In this document: in pieces, positions 13,194 through 23,732 of the stretch
Layout: every line of letters starts with the position of its first letter
Position numbering within the stretch: the stretch's first letter is position 1
Assembly: GCA_051294375.1 (NCBI GenBank)
Contig: JBJCIZ010000028.1
Location: 424,200 to 488,199 of the forward strand
Length of the DNA stretch: 64,000 nucleotides
Reading direction: 5' to 3'
DNA from: Paraspadella gotoi
Taxonomy: Eukaryota; Animalia; Chaetognatha
Translations under genes and position numbers: made by a program
The notes under the pieces: generated by a model
Told to the model about the DNA's origin: nothing
The model's database searches: none
What the model saw: the letters and a program-made list of their open reading frames with translations, nothing else

Positions 13194-16100
13194 TCAAGTT
13201 TCAGTTGTTCAGTTTGTATTTATTTTCAAACTTTCAATGATAAAGAGTAGAAAAAAATCTTCGTGACGTATGACTATGTGGTTGTAATTAACTTTCTGAA
13301 ATTAATAGTGTTTTAAAGAAATTTAAATTACTGTTCAGGCAAGACTGGAAGACGACAAAGAAAAGAGAAAAGAAAACAAAGCCGTCAGAAAAGACGATGG
13401 CAAAAAGACCGACAAAAAAGCCGCCAAGTCTTCCGATAAACCGACGCTGTTCAGTATTTTGGAGAAAAAGGGTAATATCAACTGCAGTATCTTAATGCAA
13501 ATGCTCAATATGAATAGAAAAGAAGTTGTATTAGGCATTTAAGCCTGTTGAAGCATTGTGTATTACACATTGCGTAGGCCTGTAAGTATGTAGGACACAA
13601 TGAAAAATGGCGTAACGTTACTGTTCCGTGCATAAAAAAAATTCACTGTTCAATATTATTATATTTCTTTTTATTTTTTGAACGTTATAGTTTCATATGC
13701 TGATATCCAAAATATCAATGCAAAATCTTTTTTTGTTTTTTTGATATGACTGAATATAGGGTGAAAGATGATAAATTTTTTAAAAAGTTACTTATTCATA
13801 TTTATTCATAGAATTGTAATAGAAAAAATAAAAAAAAAAATAATAGTACTAATAGTTAGTGTTATGTCTCAAATAGATGGAAAAAAAACCTCATTTAAAA
13901 ATTCGATCGGGAAGTGGGGTAACTAAGGCTTACCAATGGCATCCTCCACGCGATTGTTCTCTCAAATAATTTTTTTTATTTAATACATTTGAAAGGGAAA
14001 AAAAGAAAATTTGGAATTCAGGTTGCAGAAAGGGTACAGATAATCTGGACTTATTGACATGATAACCATGACTTTTAATATCTTGTGAAATGGGGGCAGT
14101 AAAGAAATCTAAAAATTTCATCATTAAGTCAGTCAATAAACCATTTCCAATGGGCTATTACGAGAAATATTTTTTCTTAATTAAAATGGATGATAAATAA
14201 TAAAATTAAATTCCTTGCTATATTTAAAAAAAAATTATCAATACAAATTAACACAATGATGTTTTGCTTTGTCAAATATGTTACCAGCTATATAATTTTT
14301 TACAACTTTAATATGATAAACAAGCAGTGTGTCAAGCTTTTAGTTTGCAGTTAAAGATAATGAAAAATGACGATTTTTTTTTTCACAGACAAGAAGGTAG
14401 ATGTCCAGACTGTTTATATCAAGCTGAAAACATTTTTGTATTTATCATTTTTAATATTTAAAAATATATTTTATCAAGCTACAACATAAATTTTTGCTTG
14501 TTTTTTACTTTAACTAAAAAATATAAGCAATTTTATGGAATAAAAAAAATGTAATAATAAACAAAATGTAATTCAGTCTTTCCTTTTTCAAATTACAAAA
14601 AGAAAAAAAAATTTCATATGTCTTCATTGAAATTTTTAAAGCAAAAAACTGTTATACTTTTAACTCTGATTTAAACAAAAGCTGTGTAAAGATTTATGGA
14701 TTTAATTTAATAAAACTCTTTTAGAAAGGTGTCCCATGATTAGGGCTTTAATTTTGATACCACATCCACCTTGCTACCTCTTTTCTTTCAAAGTTATTTA
14801 AAAAAATAATGTTTTTTAAATTACGCAGTACAAATCTTTGTTAAATAAAAATTTCGGCAAAGCGGGAGTATCTCACTTATTTCTGTTGGTACAATACTTA
14901 AATTTCAAAATAAAACTTGAAGAAAATTTTTTTGTCATTTAGAGACATATCACTTTCAGATGTACCCATCGTATAATAATTTATTCATTTATTTCCCCAA
15001 AAAAGCCTAATTAGAAAAGCTGAAATTTTTTCAAAATTGTTGGGAAAAAAATTTCATACGACCTATGCTCATTGAGAATAATGGTTTTGCATAGAAAATT
15101 AAAATATCAAAAAAATTTAAAAATCAGCCTCTAGAAAAATCGAAAGGCTAGAGGCTGATTTTTTTAGAATTGCAAAATTTTTTTCCTGACTCATAATCCA
15201 TTATTCTCAAGTTTCAAAATATTTTTTTCCAAAATCATTCAATCAATTTTTTTTTATTAATTTAAAATGTTTTTATGATGTTGTTTTTGTTTGAAAGAAT
15301 TGAAAAAAGTGAAAAATATAGTAATTATATAAGGTTTTTGAAAATACTTTTAAAATATTAAATAATTAGATACAAGGGGAGTAAGCAAATGAAAATGAAA
15401 TTGAATTTGTCATATTGTTATTTAGATTAATTGACTAATTACAAACAAATGATTCATATAAATTGAGGAAATGATGGGTAAAAAATATTCATCTTGGTCT
15501 CGGTTAACTATTAGGTTATCGTTAAAGTTTTGTTTTAATAATATTAATATTTTTTTTGCATTTATAAAAGCAATGGTCTAAAATTTTGTAAGCGTTTCGA
15601 GCTATATTGCTTCATCTTTTTTACTATTTTTGATCTAGTTAGCTTTTTTGTTGATGGTCAAGGGTTATGGTCACATACAGATATGTCCAGTAGTGTATAT
15701 CGCACATATTATTAAAAGTAGTGATCAATTAATTTGGCTCAGAAATGATTTTAAAGGGACAAAATCAGCACGAGACCGTTTCGCCACGTTATTTTTCATT
15801 GTGTCGTAGATCCAGTCGTAAGCTGTTTTTAGGTCATTTTAATATTTTACACTAAACATCGTTATTTTTGCCTTTAATCTTCTTTAATCTTTAAAAACGT
15901 TTAAATTACTCTCCGTTTAATATAAAACACGATAGATCGTGAATATCAAGAGTTAAGACTTAAGTTAGCTTTTTGTATATATAATTTTTTAATAAATAAC
16001 TTTCTTANNNNNNNNNNNNNNNNNNNNNNNNNCTAATTAAAGTAGGATATCTAATTTGAAACAGAAAAAAAAAGAATATTCACGAATGTGCTTAAGTTAG

Positions 16101-16577
16101 CTAATTTATTTAAATTTCAACTGTTTTAAAATCTTAAAAGTTAACAATATTTTTTCTTTAACTAACAAAAGTTTTTTACTTTAATAAATTTAAAACTCTT
16201 AATTTCTTAAATTTAAAAAAAAAGGTTTGATCATACAAAACACGAATTTAATCAGCCAATAAGAGACTAGATAAATAAATTTCAGCCAATGAACATCTTT
16301 TCTTTACGCAGGCAACGCGGAGGGAGCTCGCGTCGAATTCAACATCGACTTTGTCCTCAACGAGGGCACCGCTCTCAGCAGCATCACCTCGGTCGCGCTG
16401 CTGGAGAAGCAGCAGAACGCGCTGCGGATGGTCAGCACGCTGGAGGAGACCAAGCAGGAGATCCTCGGCGCGCTGCTGCGGTTCGCCGCGGATCCGCATC
16501 ACGTGATAGGATACGAAAGGATGAAGATGGGGCAGCTGGATTTGGGGGAGATGCCGGGTGGGTGGGAGAGAGGGAGG

Positions 16578-16641
<64 letters not shown>

Positions 16642-17217
16642 CGAGAAAGAGAGAGAGAGGGAGAAATAAGAAGAGAGAGGGTTTAACAGAAAAGAAGACA
16701 CAGAGAGAGAGACAGACAGAGAGAGAGAGAGAGCCAGAGTGAGAAAGCGATAACTTACAAAATTACTAATCGCCCTTTTGATCTTCATTGCGATAATCAA
16801 AGTAAATCTATCTGTGAAACCTTAAAGAAAAATTTCAAAATTATTTGTTTCACTATTTTATATTTTTCGGTACAACAATATTAATATTCTTCGTTTTACT
16901 ATTTAATTTACATAATTTAAAAAAAGGTCTTTGCTCTCTCCTTCCGATCGACGAGATGCCCCGGCCGAAACTCTGGGCGGGAATCCTGCGCCGGATGCTC
17001 GAGGTCGTCTGGAGTCTTTCCGGCTCCAATCACCGGATGGAGAACGAATGGACGGCCGTGTTTAATCCCGACTACATTCCGATTCCGCACACAGTGGAGA
17101 TGTTGTCTTTGTATTGGAAGGACGACTCCGAGTTTTGTCGTCAATTCTTTCAAGGGATCAACCCGTTTCAGATCAAAGTGGTGAAGGATGTGGAGGAGGT
17201 GCCGAAGGTGAGAGGAT

Positions 17218-17258
<41 letters not shown>

Positions 17259-20200
17259 TTTGTGCGGTGGTTTTTGTGTTTTGTGTCTTGTTTCTGTTGT
17301 TTCTTTTTTTTTTTGGTTTGCGGTGGTTTTACTTTTTTCTTTCTCCATTTTATTTTTTTTTCTTAGTCCGGACATTAATCTTATTTGCATATTGCAGTAT
17401 TTTTTTAATTTCTCAAAAACTAAATAAATAAATAAATAAATAAATTCATGAGCTTTAGTGGCTTCAATGGTTGGTTTTAATTAAGTTGTATGATATATAT
17501 TTTTTATTAAAAAGCTAAAGTTAATTTTTTACTAAAGAAAAGCGAGTCTTTGAAAAAGATTATGGCTTATGCATAATATTTTTTTGGGAAAGTGTAGAAT
17601 TGTCCTTTGTCTCCAAATATGTTACTAGCTTTTTTTTCAATTATGTTAATATCATTTTTGTTGTTAATAAAAAAATATGTTAAAGTTATGATGACGGTAG
17701 TTAGTTAGTTTTTTTTTATGATTATAGGCTACAGCTTATTTCACATGCAATATGTTGATAACGAGTAAAACACCAATCTCCCCCCCCTCGCCCTGAAGGA
17801 AATGCGGTCCTTAAAAACTCTCGACGGTTCGACCTCAGTTCCGGAATTAATCGCCGGAAAAAGACTCCTCATCGCCGATTTCCGTCTATTGGCCGAGATT
17901 CCCGGCAGAAACATCGAAGAAGGAGGATATTACAAGAATCCGTTGCGGCCGGAAATTCTGTACTACGCGCCGATCGTGTTGTTTTACAGGCGAGAGAAAG
18001 GGATCGGCAAACATTCATTCATTCATTCATTCATTCAGTCAAAAAATAACGAGGCATTTCAGTTAATACTTGTTCCTCTCGGGCAAAAGTTATTTCATTT
18101 GTTTTGTCATGTGACCACCTAGAAATTCGGTCGCTGGCGATCAGTAACTTATGGGTCATAGCGTGTGTTATACTTGGTCTATTTAATGCTTCACAAATGC
18201 TTCAAAAAATTTTTATAAATTTATTAATTAAATAGCGAAATGGGTTATTTATTTTTTACCTTTTAAATCTTTTCCACTCGGAGGATTCCATCGAAACTTG
18301 ATTTCCAGCTCAAACTCACACTTTTTTAGTCGCACACAAAATTTCAAGTAAATCGCCTCATTGATTTGCGTTCAAATCTAAGGGGCGACAGACAGACGGA
18401 CGGACGGACGGACGGACGGACGGACATCTATTTTTTTGCATAATTTATCATAACTCGATTTTCTAACATGATATGATTAATTTACGACAAGATTTTTGTG
18501 TGGAACCGACAGACCGACAAAACCGAAATGTGCTGTAAAATATTAGCGACAGGTTTTCAAAAAGTCGCCGTCGACGTCGGCAGGTCTCATCTGAGACTAC
18601 TTTCAAATTACCACCTCATGCTTTCTACACTAGTTTGAAAATAGGAAAAAAAAGTAAGTTAAGTTAACTCGTCTTACATTCATCGCTTAGGCTTTACGCA
18701 TCGTAATATCGCAGCACAGGAAAAAGTTTGATTTTTTCTATTTAATTTTGTTTTTCTTTTTTTCCAAAATTTGAGAAAAGATGAAGATTTTTTTGGTTTT
18801 GATCTTGACTGTCGTTTTGATCGAAGGAAGGAGACTAAAGAATAAGGTAAGTTGGACTTGAAATGGAATTGTATTTTGTGAAGTTGATTTTAACCTTCAT
18901 GGCTAACCAAAATCTGTTACCAAACAAATAATAATAATAATAATAATCCCTAACTCTAAATGCATAACCTAGGAGCTGACGTCGTTCTTAAAGATTTTTT
19001 CAATAAAGATTTTCGTTCAAATCTGACTACCAAACAATATAAACGCTCCTGGGAAAAATTCCAGTAAAAAATCGATGTAAAAACACTTGATTCCGATCCT
19101 GTTGCATCTGAAGGGCTCGCATTTTTTTTCTCTTGTCAAATCATCAACATCTTGATATCAAACAAACCAGAACAAATAGACTGCTTCTGTACGAAAAAAT
19201 GTTCCATCTTTGATTTTATATAGAAATGAAAGGGTGTGGCGGTATATTCACACCGCCTCACGTCCACCACACGTCCGCCACACGTCCGCCTCAAGTCCAT
19301 TGGCTCAGAGGGGGAACACACCATCCCAGGCATAGTGTTCCATCCACAATCCTAATGACTTCCCTCTGCGTTGGCAAAGCGAGACCGTCCTAGGGTAACC
19401 GCGCCAGTGACTGGAGGCGTCACTGAGGGTCGGAAGCCCCCAAAGCCAACAGTGAGATGCCCCATCTCAATGGGCATCACAGGCAACCCGGCTATTGCCA
19501 CAAGGGATTTTTTCCCTTCAAGACAATATAAACGTGATTGAGATATGTTCCAGTTTCACAAATTACGTCAAATTCAGGAATCCTCTGGCAAAGTCTCTGA
19601 AGGGCTCTCAAAATTTTTTATTTAGTTATTTTAATATTTTAAAGTAAAAGTAAAAGAGGAGCTAACGATCGGAATTCTAAGATTTTTCAACTGGGAGTCA
19701 GATTCGTGAAAAATCTTCTATGGTAAAAATCTTCCTTAGAAGATGTGGATTTTCCGAAGATTTTGGTTAATATTTTCTATATTTATGGTCGGATTTCTTT
19801 TAAACTTAACAATAGCAATAGTGCCATCATTCTACATTCATCATTCATATATAAGAATATATTAAAAAAAAACCTCTGGCTTTTTTCGTCCGAGCTTAGT
19901 CCTACATAATCCTAACCCTAACCCCTAACCCAAAACTCTAGTCCCTTACCCTAATCACTAACTTAATCCCTAACCCTAATCGTCAACACTAATCCATAAC
20001 CTTAAAAACGAATTTTGGATGAAACGGGGCGTCTTGGGAAAATAAGGCCCCTTTTTCTCCCCATTCAGATAGCCACCGACGAGGACAGAGCCGCCAAGGA
20101 TTACTGCATAGAACAGAATGGAATGTGCGGAGGCGATGTCATGTACCCTTGTTGCCCTGAATACACCTGCATCATCAACGACGGTGACGTTTGGTTGTGT

Positions 20201-23200
20201 GGTGACCCGAATCGAGAGTTAATCAACAATGAATGATAGGAATCTCGACGGAAACTGGGAAATGAGGAAATGAGGAAAATAGAAAGGCGGAAAGGCGACG
20301 CCGATGGGAAAACGTCTCAATTCATAATAAATATGACATGAAATATGTATGAAGTGAGAAAAATAAAAATTTCAAAATAAAACAAAATATAAATGAAAGA
20401 ATAATGAATAATTTCTTTTATTCTTTAAACATCATACTATGACTGTAGAAGAGTATTGCATAGTTATTGAAGGTGATTAAAACATAGTATGGTGGACTAA
20501 AATCCACCAACCGTTCATCAGCGGCCATTGGTGCCGGAGGCAAGTCATTCGCTTCCCAACCCAAAGGTCCGGGGTTCTCGTCCGGTGGCCGCCTAGCAGT
20601 TAAGAGGGACGGGGCGCTTAACCCGCCTGTAACTCGGTGTTACAGCCTGATCCGAAGCTCAGGCACTGCTTATATTGAACGGTTCTGACATTAACACTTA
20701 TCAATAATTACTGTCTCTTCATGGGTGAGCTCAACTTCCGAACACAACAGCAACAACAACACTTTCAGGCGACATGCCTCAACCTGGCGATGCACTTTCC
20801 ACCAACAACAAAAATTCACTGAAGAGACGCAACAGACTTCTTTATACGGGAGGGGGGATGTATGGTGGACTAAAATCCACCAACCGTTCATCAGCGGCCA
20901 TTGGTGCCGGAGGCAAATCATTCGTCTCCCAACCCAAAGGTCCAGGGTTCTAGCCCGGTAGCCGCCTAGCAGTTTAAGAGGACGGGGCAGGTCTCATCTG
21001 AAATGCCTTTTTAACTACCACCTCGTGCTTTCTACACTAGTTTGAAAATAGAAAAAAAAGTAAACAAACATTGCTAATTTTTGCTTTGTTTACTCATCTT
21101 AAATGAATCGCTTAGGCTTTACACATCGTAATATCGCAGAACAGGAAAAAGATTGATTTTTTCTATCTAATCTTTTTTTCAAAAATTGAGAGAAGATGAA
21201 GTTTTTTTTTGTTTTGATCTTTGCCATCGTTTTGATCGAAGGAAGGAGACTGGAAAAAAGGTAAGTTGGACTTAAAATGGAATCATATGTCTAACCAAAA
21301 TTTGTTACCAAACCAATATTAATAATAATAATCCCTAACCCTAATGCATAACTCTAACCCAAAACCCTAATCCCTTACCCTAATCACTAACTTAATCCCC
21401 AACCCTAATCGTCAGCCTAATCCATAACCTTAAAAATGAATTTTGGATGAAACAGGCCTTTTTCTCCACTTTTAGATAGCGACCAATGAGGTCAGAGGCG
21501 CCCAGATGGACTACTGCTTATTGTCGTGGCATAGGTGCGGAGGTGATATTGTGACCCATTGTTGCCCTGGTCTCTACTGCTACCACTACCATGGTCATTA
21601 TTACGGGAATTGTTTACAAGGCCCGATCAACAATGAATGATAGGAATTTCGACGGAAGCTGGGAACTGGGAAATGAGGAAATGGGAAAAATAGAAAGGCA
21701 GAAAGGCGACGCTGATGGGAAACTCTCAATTCATAATAAAGATGAACTGAAGTTTTTTTTGTATGAAGTGAGAAAAAGAAAATTTTTAAATAAAATAAAA
21801 TATAAATGAATAATTTCTTTTATTCTTTAAACATCATCGACTGTAGAAGAATATCGCATAGTAATTCAATATAATTGAAACATTAAGTTGAACAAATTTT
21901 TGTTAAAAAGTGGATATGATATCATTTTCATTTCTGGCAACGCGAGTATTCAACATGTTCGTTTGTTGGATCCGGCTCTTCTATATTCTGTACAAAGTGA
22001 ACATTAGTTAATTTAGCATTGTTATTGTGATTATTCTTTTTCATAATATTTTTATGATAATTTATACGTAATTTATCATCGAACAAGCATCGTTCGTCAT
22101 TTAGCATTTTCTTCTTTTGTAATAATGAAATAAACGAGATTGCTCAGACAGACAGACACATAGAGAGAGAGATTAAGTATATGTGACATTTTAAAACAAG
22201 AACAAAACAAGTGTGAAATAAAAAGCAATTAATTATGCCTCACCACTCTGCCTTGTGTGTATTTATTAAAATGACTCAGTATTTAATAAAATATTCTGCA
22301 ATGATCAATGCAGAATCTGATGATGATGCGGTCATGTGATCGTTTTTTAGGACTGCACAAGTATTGTGCTCATTAAAGGTTTAATAGTACCTCGCTCTCT
22401 GCCTGTGAGAGTTAAATAATTAAAAAAATTGCTTATTTTATTATTGAAAAATAACATCAAAGTGAAGAAGTTGAATGTCTTCCGGCTCCTTTCAGTAAAC
22501 ATCCCTGTTCTCTTCAATAAGATAATGTTTACTTTTTTGCTGGTGGAAAAGAAGGATAAATACTTAGGCAGTGATGGGGTAAATAATATTTTGTAGAATT
22601 TTGTAAGCATGCTTGTAAAATCAGACAAGCAAATATTTAGGTGACAAAAAATTCACATTTTAGCCTTTTTTCTTTCAGAATCATTAAAAAGAATTTAATT
22701 TTCATTTATTCTTATGGGGTGTCATTAGTTTTAAAATTCATTATAATTTTGACTTAGTTTGACACTCACCCTGCAAGGAGGTTTCAGCATAAGTAATTCT
22801 AAAAATTGTATCTTGTATGTGCCCTATGATTATGGCTTCATTTTGGTACTATTGCCATCCCTTTATCTTTATTCCTTCAAAAGATATTAGGAAAAAATCA
22901 GTTTTTTTCTCAACCTTCCTTTTAATTTCTTTTTAAATAAAAATTTCGAGATTCAAACCGGACTATTTCATTTAAACTTGATCATTTTATGTCAAAATCA
23001 TTATAAAATGAAAAAAGAAAAATAGGACAAGCTCTTCAGACACAAAGCTATCGAATTGCAAAATTCGAAGTCTCTCATGGAACAGAACATATAGCAATCC
23101 CGTTTGCAATTTTAAGTTTGTAAACTTTCCTTTAATTTCTATAGTAAAATATAGTAAAAATATAATAAAATATAGTAAAAATTCTCTGACTATGAGGAGT

Positions 23201-23698
23201 GCATTTCCCTGGCTTATTTGATATCAAATCCTTCATGAAATGTGAAAAAACGAATAGGACAAGCTCTTCAGATGTAACGCTATCGGAATCCTGTGTTTTT
23301 ACAACTGATTTCTACCGGAATTTCTAGCAATCGCGTTTGCAATTTGGGTAGTCAGATTTGAACGGAAATCTTTATAAGAAAAATGTTGAATCTTTTTTAA
23401 ATCGAGATTCTCGTCTATAGTTAAACATCCTGTTTTAAATCATTTTCTTTAAATTTTCAGGTTAAATGGGTAAGCACATTTTTTAAAGATTTGTTTTTCA
23501 ATATGGTTGTTAAAAAATTCAAGGTAAGAAGTTATGTATATACTCTCCTTTCGTTGTTTTTGAGGTATTAGGAAAAAACAGTTTTTGTTTGACAACGATT
23601 TATTTGACACAATTTAGTCAGACATGTTTCGGCTCATTCATTTAGAGCCTTCATCAGTATTTGACAATCAATATTTTGTCTCTGTTGAAGTAAGTTTT

Positions 23699-23732
<34 letters not shown>

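Noticed and set aside
1-13625. Apparent multiple tandem copies of SLC37 exons and LOX exons 1-4
   Set aside because: Copies differ mainly by dense 1-nt indels and abut exact 25-N gaps (1810, 5135, 8560), consistent with over-filled long-read gap closing. Treated as assembly redundancy, not gene duplication.
20521-20592. Functional tRNA gene
   Set aside because: Acceptor stem and A/B-box-like motifs are present, but the anticodon stem does not pair and the T-loop is degenerate. It is embedded in a repeat, so it was called tRNA-derived only.
20488-20988. CRISPR-like or prokaryotic repeat system
   Set aside because: No regularly spaced short repeats with unique spacers and no cas-like ORFs; the whole window is intron-rich eukaryotic DNA.
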